IMG/VR virus record: IMGVR_UViG_3300032116_000013
Span: 64,001-128,000 of that record
From: a virus
DNA length: 64,000 nucleotides
Direction: 5' to 3' (one strand)
Below the pieces are notes generated by a model that saw only the letters and a program-made list of their open reading frames with translations, was not told the origin of the DNA and did not search any database. Shown piece after piece: positions 9,262 through 15,902 of this stretch. Position 1 is the first letter of the stretch. Every line of letters starts with the position of its first letter. The translations under genes and the position numbers were made by a program.

Positions 9262-9462
9262 ATGTTATCAGATGATGAATTGGAGGCATACGAACATGAT
9301 CTTGTTATTCTTCTTAATGCTTTGCAGCGAATCAAGCATAACAATTTCGCTGAGCAATTTACAAACGATCTTTACGCAAATGATCGTGCGCTCTTCGAAG
9401 AGTTGAAAGTGTTGTTTAATAAGAGAGATTCATATATGAGGAAGAGCAATGCACCATTCTAA
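9262..9462 (+). CDS. Hypothetical protein
   Basis: 66-aa ORF with SD (gagga). Confidence 0.6.
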   Translation: MLSDDELEAYEHDLVILLNALQRIKHNNFAEQFTNDLYANDRALFEELKVLFNKRDSYMRKSNAPF

Positions 9463-9643
9463 GCCACAATGCTTCACTGACTTTCAGTGGAAGATCTATC
9501 AGCAAGAATTGCAAGAAGTCAAGAACAGCAAGACACTTGACATTTGCTTCGATTGTACGGTAGAATATCAGAGTAAGATGCGCAAGGAAGGCAAGTGTGC
9601 TTTCCCGATGAAGCGTCTTGATAGAATTGCGGAGTATGCATGA
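9449..9643 (+). CDS. Hypothetical Cys-containing protein
   Basis: CFT...ICFDCT...C. Confidence 0.6.
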   Translation: MHHSKPQCFTDFQWKIYQQELQEVKNSKTLDICFDCTVEYQSKMRKEGKCAFPMKRLDRIAEYA

Positions 9644-9792
9644 TCATTCTTCCATTGCTTGATCTTTTGTTTCTTGGCATTTCTATTTTTGGTGCCGTGT
9701 ACAATCGCGGAACAATTGTTGGTTGGATGTGCACGTTCTTGGTGTTCTGGCAAATTTGGATGTTGATAAAATTCTTCAGAGAACATCCTTGA
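9640..9792 (+). CDS. Small membrane protein
   Basis: 50 aa, two hydrophobic segments, ATGA coupling. Confidence 0.55.
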   Translation: MIILPLLDLLFLGISIFGAVYNRGTIVGWMCTFLVFWQIWMLIKFFREHP

Positions 9793-9946
9793 TTTTTTTG
9801 GAATTGTACTATATAATATTTACTGTAACAAATTTCCAAGCGTGATTCGCGACGCCCAAACATTCTTTTGGTAGGATGAAGCATCCCAAGGTGCCCTTAG
9901 TATTTTCCCTCCGCACCGAAAACAGCGACCTTTTTAGTGTAAGAAC

Positions 9947-10007
9947 GTAAGTTATTGATTCTATTAGGTTTTTTAGTCTTTACTTTTCGACGCTTGTAGG
10001 GCATAAT
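9947..10007 (+). promoter_or_regulatory. Early promoter with GTAAGTTATTGATT element, upstream of tRNA array
   Basis: TTTACT(9979)-17-CATAAT(10002). Confidence 0.8.
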
Positions 10008-10186
10008 AGTTCTATAGAGTTGAGTAAGGAAAGAAATATTGAGTAGTCGATAAAAGCGACTCACAGTGCTGATGCGGAACGAGACTGCGCGAGAGCACTA
10101 TAATATCTCGCAAATGGGCGGACAGGAAACATGAACGGGATGGCGAAAACTCCCATAGTAAGACTCCTGATGATATATGTAATTTT

Positions 10187-10261
10187 GCCTTCATAGCACA
10201 ACGGTAGTGCAACTGATTTGTAATCAGTAGGTTGGGAGTTCAAATCTCTCTGAAGGCACCA
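10187..10261 (+). tRNA. tRNA-Thr(UGU)
   Basis: actga-ttTGTaa-tcagt; encoded CCA. Confidence 0.95.
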
Positions 10262-10436
10262 TATTGAAGCGCATTAGTATCTGGCTTGGAGAATGCCTAG
10301 AATTAAAAGAGAGTGGCTCCTTATTAAGACTCTGGCTAGTGTGTTTCAATATGGTTATCCTGACTGCTACCAGAGGTTCGTAGTAGCGGAGACTGTCACC
10401 CCGAAGCATAGTGTGACGCTGGATTAGTAACCAGCA
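10261..10436 (+). ncRNA. Two structured RNAs of unknown function
   Basis: 18-bp closing stem 10261-10352; three-way junction ggtta/taacc, ctgctac/gtagtag, gtcac/gtgac. Confidence 0.5.
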
Positions 10437-10444
10437 TTTTTTGC

Positions 10445-10519
10445 GGACCCATCGTCTAACGGTTAGGACACATCCCTTTCACGGATGGAATAGGGATTCG
10501 AATTCCCTTGGGTTCACCA
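10445..10519 (+). tRNA. tRNA-Glu(UUC)
   Basis: catcc-ctTTCac-ggatg; CCA. Confidence 0.95.
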
Positions 10520-10525
10520 GATTTT

Positions 10526-10611
10526 GCGTAGTTGTGTGAGTGGTTAAAACAGACAGACTGTAAATCTGTTGCCTTCGGGCTACGGTGGTTCGAATCCATC
10601 ACTACGCACCA
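10526..10611 (+). tRNA. tRNA-Tyr(GUA)
   Basis: acaga-ctGTAaa-tctgt; long V-arm; CCA. Confidence 0.95.
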
Positions 10612-10628
10612 ATTTTTGTTATGATTTT

Positions 10629-10702
10629 GGGACTGAAACATTAAAGTGATGTAACGGACTTTTAATCCGTAAAAGAGGGAGCGTTACCCTCCAGTCCTAC
10701 CA
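10629..10702 (+). tRNA. tRNA-Lys(UUU), non-canonical T-loop
   Basis: acgga-ctTTTaa-tccgt; T-loop AGCGTTA. Confidence 0.9.
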
Positions 10703-10709
10703 TACGTTC

Positions 10710-10785
10710 GGGTCTATCGTATAACGGTGATTATATCTGGCTCTTAACCAGTTTGATGCAGGTTCGAATCCTGCTAGACCCACCA
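10710..10785 (+). tRNA. tRNA-Lys(CUU)
   Basis: ctgg-ctCTTaa-ccag; CCA. Confidence 0.95.
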
Positions 10786-10789
10786 ATTT

Positions 10790-10863
10790 ATCTCGATGGT
10801 GTAATGGTAGCATACGAGTCTCCAAAACTCTTGGTTGCGGTTCGAGTCCGTATCGGGATACCA
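10790..10863 (+). tRNA. tRNA-Trp(CCA)
   Basis: gagt-ctCCAaa-actc; CCA. Confidence 0.95.
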
Positions 10864-10865
10864 TT

Positions 10866-10914
10866 CTGTCTCTGATGAGTCCGTAGGGACGAAACGCTGT
10901 GAAGCGTCAGACAG
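10866..10914 (+). ncRNA. Hammerhead ribozyme (type I)
   Basis: ctgtct-CTGATGA-gtcc-gtag-ggac-GAAA-cgct-gtga-agcg-TC^-agacag: full core and stems I-III. Confidence 0.9.
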
Positions 10915-11165
10915 CAGCGCGACCTTGTGGTGTAGCGTGATGCAAAAAACACGTGGGGTAAAAAGTCCATCATTAAGTTGGGAAAATCCACCTCTGTTTA
11001 GGTGCTGAGATGTATCCGATAGAGCCTGTGCATGGGCTTGTGTAGGCATCCAAAGCAAAACCACACTTTTGAATTCAGATGCATAGGTTCCTCGCGACCT
11101 TAAAAGCGAGCGCGTAGCATGATAACGAACTCTCATGCAGGAGCGGTGGTTACTTACACCGCACG
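10915..11165 (+). ncRNA. Structured RNA(s) downstream of hammerhead, including H-type pseudoknot
   Basis: Stems gtggt/accac, cacct/aggtg, gcatga/tcatgc, gcggtg/caccgc; pseudoknot 11085-11110. Confidence 0.45.
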
Positions 11166-11286
11166 TATTTTAAAAAATTCGCGCACCCGAGAAAAAGTAA
11201 CCAATCTTCACTCGAGCCGATCGCAGGAATACTTGACCCATCCTTCACGCCAACCAATACTGCGTGTAAACAACGGTCTCTTTTTT

Positions 11287-11361
11287 TGGCGTGTAGATCA
11301 GCGGTAGATCAAGTGACTGTTAATCACTCTGTCGTAGGTTCGATCCCTACCACGCCAGCCA
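11287..11361 (+). tRNA. tRNA-Asn(GUU)
   Basis: gtga-ctGTTaa-tcac; CCA. Confidence 0.95.
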
Positions 11362-11545
11362 ACTTGGTGACATGCAAGAGCAGAATAATCTGCCTAGTAC
11401 CGTGTTCATCCGAATGTGTGATGGCTTGTCTGTTTGGGTAACACATTCGATATGAGGTGGAACAGAATAGATCATGCTGTGTGGGGGTATGATTGAGAAT
11501 AATTTAGTAGTGGGGATTCCCGCGAACGATAGCCCACACCATATT
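11362..11545 (+). ncRNA. Structured RNA(s) of unknown function
   Basis: cgaatgtgt/acacattcg and gtgtggg/cccacac stems, the latter ending in ACCA. Confidence 0.4.
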
Positions 11546-11547
11546 TT

Positions 11548-11621
11548 TGAGGGATAGATTAATGGCAGATCATCTGGCTTTGAACCAGAGAGTCGTGGTT
11601 CGAGTCCACGTCCCTCAGCCA
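11548..11621 (+). tRNA. tRNA-Gln(UUG)
   Basis: tctgg-ctTTGaa-ccaga; CCA. Confidence 0.95.
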
Positions 11622-11633
11622 AAAACTAAAAAT

Positions 11634-11717
11634 GCGAGAGTGGCGGAACGGTATACGCGCTAGTCTTAGGAACTAGTACCGAAAGGTTTAAGAGTTCGAG
11701 TCTCTTCTCTCGCACCA
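11634..11717 (+). tRNA. tRNA-Leu(UAG)
   Basis: ctagt-ctTAGga-actag; V-arm; CCA. Confidence 0.95.
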
Positions 11718-11734
11718 TTTTTGGAAATTATTTC

Positions 11735-11808
11735 GGGGATGTAGTTAAATGGGATAACTTCTGGTTTGCATCCAGAAATTGAGAGTTCGATTCTCTCCGT
11801 CTCCACCA
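11735..11808 (+). tRNA. tRNA-Ala(UGC)
   Basis: tctgg-ttTGCat-ccaga; G3-U70. Confidence 0.95.
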
Positions 11809-11811
11809 TTT

Positions 11812-12059
11812 TTGTTATTCGTAAGCCATGGGTGATCGCAAAGCCCGAGTAACTGCGCCAAAAGAAAACTTCAGTTCTAGACACCTGAAGGTGAGACGCA
11901 GCAGATAGTGCGAATGACAATCTTTTTTGTTCACGTGTGTATGGTAACCCATATGTGATTAGCAGAAAAACCAAGCATATGCTAATGTACCTGATGTCCA
12001 TAGCAGACTTATGTCGAATAAGTCCAGCGCACAACTTGGAAATTGTGTGACGGTGAACA
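11812..12059 (+). ncRNA. Two multi-stem structured RNAs
   Basis: 11812-11920 closed by 11-bp stem; 11928-12059 tgttcac/gtgaaca enclosing four hairpins. Confidence 0.55.
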
Positions 12060-12066
12060 GCCTAAT

Positions 12067-12165
12067 TTGCGTCTAGTGTAATGGTAGCACAGGAAGTCCG
12101 AGACATCGCAAGATGGAGTAGGCATCAAAATGCCCAGACGTGGTTCGATTCCACGACGCAATCTA
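12067..12165 (+). ncRNA. tRNA-like RNA with D- and T-arms but no anticodon arm
   Basis: gtgt-aatggta-gcac, cgtgg-ttcgatt-ccacg, ttgcgt/acgcaa; two short hairpins in the middle; no CCA. Confidence 0.6.
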
Positions 12166-12169
12166 ATAT

Positions 12170-12410
12170 GCCCGAAGCCTCTGCAGCAATGTCGATCCAC
12201 TCTGTGTGGATCGCTGTACGCTTCGGCTATCTGACGTTCCGACTCATAATCGGATAGTGTGCGTCCGCACGATGAGAAGCGAGATCATGACTCGCAGGAC
12301 CTTACTCTTGGGTAGAGAAGAGCGTTGGCAATACGAAAATCTCCCTGTGGTGTGAAGCGGGTGGAAGGTGTAGAATTACACTACAATTACCGCCAGCAGG
12401 GGGAAGCAAC
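12170..12410 (+). ncRNA. Structured RNA(s) of unknown function
   Basis: ccgaagc/gcttcgg, cgatccac/gtggatcg, tccga-ctcataa-tcgga, gcgag/ctcgc stems. Confidence 0.4.
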
Positions 12411-12418
12411 TAATTTTT

Positions 12419-12507
12419 GGAAGTGTGGGTGAGTGGTTGTAAACCAACAGTCTTGAAAACTGTCTGTCCGCAAGGGCACGTAGGTTCGAATCCTACCACT
12501 TCCGCCA
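12419..12507 (+). tRNA. tRNA-Ser(UGA)
   Basis: acagt-ctTGAaa-actgt; V-arm. Confidence 0.95.
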
Positions 12508-12512
12508 AATTT

Positions 12513-12587
12513 GCGCGATTAACTCAGCGGTAGAGTAGCGCCTTTACACGGCGAATGTCGGGAGTTCAATCCTCTCATCGCGCACCA
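12513..12587 (+). tRNA. tRNA-Val(UAC)
   Basis: cgcc-ttTACac-ggcg. Confidence 0.95.
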
Positions 12588-12591
12588 TCTT

Positions 12592-12665
12592 GCCCCTTTA
12601 GTTCAATAGTAGAACACTAAACTGATAATTTAGAAACGGTGGAGCGTAACCACCAAGGGGCACCA
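12592..12665 (+). tRNA. tRNA-Ile(GAU), non-canonical T-loop
   Basis: ctaaa-ctGATaa-tttag; T-loop AGCGTAA. Confidence 0.9.
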
Positions 12666-12670
12666 ATTAC

Positions 12671-12746
12671 GGTGGCTGTCGTCAAGTGGTTAAGACCATG
12701 GGTTGTGATCCCATTATCGTGGGTTCGATCCCCACCAGTCACCCCA
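12671..12746 (+). tRNA. tRNA-His(GUG)
   Basis: atggg-ttGTGat-cccat; encoded G-1:C73. Confidence 0.95.
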
Positions 12747-12750
12747 TCTT

Positions 12751-12826
12751 GCGCTCGTAGTCTAGAGGATGAGGCATCTGCCTTCTAAGCAGATTAACGC
12801 AGGTTCGAGTCCTGCCGAGCGCGCCA
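12751..12826 (+). tRNA. tRNA-Arg(UCU)
   Basis: tctgc-ctTCTaa-gcaga. Confidence 0.95.
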
Positions 12827-12827
12827 A

Positions 12828-12901
12828 GCCTCTTTAGTTCAATAGCAGAACACATTCTTGGTAAGGATGAAACGATGGAGCGTAACCATCATGAGGCACC
12901 A
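12828..12901 (+). tRNA. tRNA-Thr(GGU), non-canonical T-loop
   Basis: cattc-ttGGTaa-ggatg; T-loop AGCGTAA. Confidence 0.9.
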
Positions 12902-12906
12902 ATTTC

Positions 12907-12986
12907 GGCTCTTGGGACTGCATGGTGTGGTCGCTCGCCTGTCACGCGAGATATTCAGATGGGATCGTTACCCATAAGAGTCGCCA
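12907..12986 (+). tRNA. tRNA-Asp(GUC), non-canonical T-loop
   Basis: ctcgc-ctGTCac-gcgag; T-loop ATCGTTA. Confidence 0.9.
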
Positions 12987-12991
12987 TATTT

Positions 12992-13079
12992 GGAAGGTTG
13001 GCAGAGCGGTGATTGCAAGAGTTTGCTAAACTCTCGTCCAGCAATGGGCGCATAGGTTCGAATCCTATACCTTCCGCCA
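12992..13079 (+). tRNA. tRNA-Ser(GCU)
   Basis: agagt-ttGCTaa-actct; V-arm. Confidence 0.95.
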
Positions 13080-13084
13080 TTTTT

Positions 13085-13160
13085 GGCAGTGTAGCATAGC
13101 GGCTAATGCGGCACCTTCATACGGTGAAGATCGTGTGTTCGAATCACACCACTGCTACCA
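13085..13160 (+). tRNA. tRNA-Met(CAU), probably elongator
   Basis: cacc-ttCATac-ggtg; paired 1:72. Confidence 0.9.
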
Positions 13161-13164
13161 ATTT

Positions 13165-13239
13165 GCTGCTTTAACTGAGATAGATTAGTGCGAGTCTGAA
13201 GAACTCGATAGGTTGGTGCGATACCAACAGGCAGCACCA
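13165..13239 (+). tRNA. tRNA-Phe(GAA)
   Basis: cgagt-ctGAAga-actcg; T-loop TGCGATA. Confidence 0.9.
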
Positions 13240-13323
13240 ATCGCGACGACCCACTATCGTTAACAGTGGCGCTGCACCCAGAAGCGAGAGAAGAACCATG
13301 GTGGATCGACTGGGATTTGTTTT

Positions 13324-13398
13324 GCCCCTATAGTGAAATGGAGATCACGCGATGCTACGAACGTCGTATTCCAGGTTCGAGTCCTGGTAGGGGTGCCA
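13324..13398 (+). tRNA. tRNA-Arg(ACG)
   Basis: cgatg-ctACGaa-cgtcg. Confidence 0.95.
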
Positions 13399-13411
13399 AC
13401 TAAATATATGC

Positions 13412-13723
13412 ATGAACATGAATTTACAAAAAACACTACAAACATTTGCTGCGATTGCTGGAGCAATTTCCATCATCATCGTCGCATATGAATGGGTTGC
13501 CAGTAAACAATATGTTCAGCAAGCGACTGATCCAATTTCAAAAGATGTCAAACAAATTCTAGCGATTGGCATTGCGGATCAGATCAGCACACTTCACCGT
13601 TATAATTGCAACAATCCAGATGATGATCAGTTTGTGAGTCTAATGCGTGAAAAGAAATTGAAATTTGCAGAACTTACAGGGCGCGAATATATGGAAGTGC
13701 CTTGTGATAAGTTATCGAATTAA
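13412..13723 (+). CDS. Membrane-anchored hypothetical protein
   Basis: N-terminal hydrophobic helix IAGAISIIIVAY; inside tRNA array. Confidence 0.7.
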   Translation: MNMNLQKTLQTFAAIAGAISIIIVAYEWVASKQYVQQATDPISKDVKQILAIGIADQISTLHRYNCNNPDDDQFVSLMREKKLKFAELTGREYMEVPCDKLSN

Positions 13724-13725
13724 TT

Positions 13726-13800
13726 GTTGCGGTGGCTGAGAAGTGAGGCGACAGTCTGCAAAACTGTTCTATGCAGGTGCGAGTCCTGTCCGCAACTCCA
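13726..13800 (+). tRNA. tRNA-Cys(GCA)
   Basis: acagt-ctGCAaa-actgt; U73. Confidence 0.95.
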
Positions 13801-13813
13801 TTTAGAGATCGTT

Positions 13814-14041
13814 ATGAAAAAATACATTCATGTGAATCAACATGTGATTCGATCAAACAAAAAGAACAACGAAAACAATCCTGTCTTGACTATCAAGGAA
13901 GGCAGGAAGAATACCTATTGTCATCGAGTCAAGATTCATGGACCCAGTGAGGTAGTTTATTCTGGCAATGAAAAATTATTGCTGCCTTGTGGCGCGAGAG
14001 TTGCCGTAGTCACTGAAAGTGAGATAGAAATTATAGAATGA
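13814..14041 (+). CDS. Conserved phage hypothetical protein
   Basis: IHVNQHVIRSN...PCGARVAVVT. Confidence 0.75.
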   Translation: MKKYIHVNQHVIRSNKKNNENNPVLTIKEGRKNTYCHRVKIHGPSEVVYSGNEKLLLPCGARVAVVTESEIEIIE

Positions 14042-14042
14042 C

Positions 14043-14133
14043 GCTCCTGTAGTGTAATGTAGCACGACGGGACTTATAATCCCGAACTCCAGATTAGAGG
14101 TTAGTCTTGGTTCAAGTCCAAGCAGGAGCACCA
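14043..14133 (+). tRNA. tRNA(UAU) with long variable arm (nominal Ile)
   Basis: cggga-ctTATaa-tcccg; 21-nt extra arm; A73; CCA. Confidence 0.85.
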
Positions 14134-14139
14134 AGTTTT

Positions 14140-14216
14140 GCGCCTATAGCATAATTGGTTAATGCAGCAAACTCATAATTTGTTGATTCTAGGTTCAAGT
14201 CCTAGTGGGCGCACCA
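14140..14216 (+). tRNA. tRNA(CAU), probably Ile2 (lysidine type)
   Basis: gcaaa-ctCATaa-tttgt; identity inferred. Confidence 0.85.
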
Positions 14217-14254
14217 GTTGACTTTTGAGACTAGATATAGTAAGATATAACAAT

Positions 14255-14331
14255 CGGACAGTAGCACAGCCTGGTAGTGCATCTGCTTTGGGAGCAGAGG
14301 GTCGGAGGTTCGAATCCTCTCTGTCCGACCA
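14255..14331 (+). tRNA. tRNA-Pro(UGG)
   Basis: tctgc-ttTGGga-gcaga. Confidence 0.95.
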
Positions 14332-14336
14332 TTTTT

Positions 14337-14420
14337 GCGATTGTGGTGGAATCGGTATACACAACAGACTTAAAATCTGTCGGCAATGCCATGTCGGTTC
14401 GAGTCCGACCAGTCGCACCA
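14337..14420 (+). tRNA. tRNA-Leu(UAA)
   Basis: acaga-ctTAAaa-tctgt. Confidence 0.95.
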
Positions 14421-14424
14421 GAAT

Positions 14425-14498
14425 GCGGGATTAGTTTAATGGTAAAACTAAAGTTTTCCAAACTTTCGTCATCAGTTCGATTCTGATATCCCGCTCCA
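14425..14498 (+). tRNA. tRNA-Gly(UCC)
   Basis: aaagt-ttTCCaa-acttt; U73. Confidence 0.95.
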
Positions 14499-14513
14499 CT
14501 TTAGAGTAAAGTT

Positions 14514-14999
14514 ATGTATGTATTTGACGGAGTCCTAGATCCAGATTTATTGCAAAAATTCAAAATAAAAATTGAAGACCATTTTATGCAAATGGTTTCT
14601 AAAAATTACAATAAATCAGATTTTTATCCTACAAGAAACATAATGATGAATTCTGATGATTTGGTTGTAAAATTAACTAAAGATTTTTTAGAATCAAAAT
14701 TAAAAATTAAATTAAACTGTTATCAATTTGAACTTCAGACTTGGCCAGTAGAAATTTTTTCATCACTGCATAAACATGATACTGGAATAAGATCGCGTGG
14801 AGATTATAATAGCATACTCTATCTAAATGATAATTTTGATGGTGGCGAATTTTATACTGAAAATGGAATTACTATAAAACCGAAAACTAATAGATTAATT
14901 TTATTTGATGGTAAAAATATAAACCATGGCGTTAAAACAGTAAGAAAAAATCACAGATACACAATGATTTTTTGGTGGGAAAACACACAATTCTATTAA
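14514..14999 (+). CDS. 2OG-Fe(II) oxygenase (prolyl-4-hydroxylase-like)
   Basis: HKHD...ILYLNDNFDGGEF...HGVKTV...RYT. Confidence 0.9.
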   Translation: MYVFDGVLDPDLLQKFKIKIEDHFMQMVSKNYNKSDFYPTRNIMMNSDDLVVKLTKDFLESKLKIKLNCYQFELQTWPVEIFSSLHKHDTGIRSRGDYNSILYLNDNFDGGEFYTENGITIKPKTNRLILFDGKNINHGVKTVRKNHRYTMIFWWENTQFY

Positions 15000-15011
15000 A
15001 GGAATATCCAT

Positions 15012-15719
15012 ATGCATCCAAGTGCACTTTTAACAGGTGAAGATTTCTTTCTGACATATGCTGCAGAACTAAATGAACCAACTGTAGTTGAAATTGGTTC
15101 TCAAAATATCAACGGTTCACTTAGAGATGTTGCTACAAATAATGTCAAGAAGTATGTTGGTCTTGATTTTGCTGAAGGCGTCGGAGTCGATATAGTCTTG
15201 ACTGATGCATACAAATATCCTCTAGAAGATAATTCATTTGATATTCTTGTAACTTCCTCTTGCCTAGAACATTCTGAAATGTTTTGGCTGTCTTTTCTAG
15301 AAGGAATGAGAATTTTAAAGGACGACGGCATCATGTACATCAATGCTCCATCAGCATGGATGATGTATCATAGGTTTCCAGTTGACTGTTGGCGATTTTG
15401 GCCAGATGCTGGAAAGGCACTAGAAACTTGGGCTAGATATAATAAAATGAATTCAATGGTTCTAGAGTCTTATGTTTGCCCCCCAGGACCTGGAGAATAT
15501 GTAGCAGATTTTGTTTGTGTTATGCTGAAAAACGCAGATTATGTGAACAAATATCCAAATAGAATGATAGACTCTTTGGTTGAATCTCATCAATTTTTTA
15601 ATGGATTCAGATTCCCTAAGAATGAAAAATTCCCGCATGGATGGGATAAACCTACTGCAGAGCGTAAGCAGGATATTCTTTTGACTAATAATAATGGAAT
15701 AGGATTCAATATCAGATAA
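15012..15719 (+). CDS. Class I SAM-dependent methyltransferase
   Basis: VVEIGS...YVGLD...DNSFDILVTSSCLEH...ILKDDGIMYINAP. Confidence 0.9.
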   Translation: MHPSALLTGEDFFLTYAAELNEPTVVEIGSQNINGSLRDVATNNVKKYVGLDFAEGVGVDIVLTDAYKYPLEDNSFDILVTSSCLEHSEMFWLSFLEGMRILKDDGIMYINAPSAWMMYHRFPVDCWRFWPDAGKALETWARYNKMNSMVLESYVCPPGPGEYVADFVCVMLKNADYVNKYPNRMIDSLVESHQFFNGFRFPKNEKFPHGWDKPTAERKQDILLTNNNGIGFNIR

Positions 15720-15726
15720 AATTTTC

Positions 15727-15801
15727 GCGGAAGTAGCACAGGGGTAGTGCTTTTGCTTGCCAAGCAAAAGGTCGTGGGTTCAAATCCCATCTTCCGCTCC
15801 A
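15727..15801 (+). tRNA. tRNA-Gly(GCC)
   Basis: tttgc-ttGCCaa-gcaaa. Confidence 0.95.
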
Positions 15802-15808
15802 ACCCATG

Positions 15809-15835
15809 AAACCAGCCTTCGGGCTGGTTTTTTTT
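15809..15835 (+). terminator. Rho-independent terminator ending tRNA array
   Basis: accagcc-ttcg-ggctggt followed by T-run. Confidence 0.9.
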
Positions 15836-15861
15836 CACCTGCAATCCCAGCCATTAATTCT

Positions 15862-15869
15862 TATAAATA
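15862..15869 (+). promoter_or_regulatory. T4-type late promoter
   Basis: TATAAATA upstream of virion genes. Confidence 0.75.
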
Positions 15870-15902
15870 CCTTGATACAGGACCTACTCAGGGATATCCT
15901 AA

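Noticed and set aside
10167-10173. Second CTGATGA as another hammerhead
   Set aside because: The nearby GAAA cannot form stems I-III with correct core geometry
11066-11140. HDV/theta-like ribozyme around ggt-tcctcgcg-acc
   Set aside because: No G1, no GG for P1.1 and no convincing P2/J4-2; an H-type pseudoknot fits better
12091-12100. aggaagtccg resembling RNase P RNA GAGGAAAGUCC
   Set aside because: One base short, no matching ACAGAANNCGGCUUA 3' element, and it lies within the tRNA-like fold
1245-14486. Minus-strand and off-frame ORFs in the track, including the Cys/Gly-rich 8438..8635 and ORFs over tRNAs
   Set aside because: Shadows of plus-strand genes, GC-rich repeats or RNA genes, with no SD or motifs
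14514-14999. 2OG oxygenase as prolyl hydroxylase for the neighbouring collagen
   Set aside because: The collagen triplets contain almost no proline
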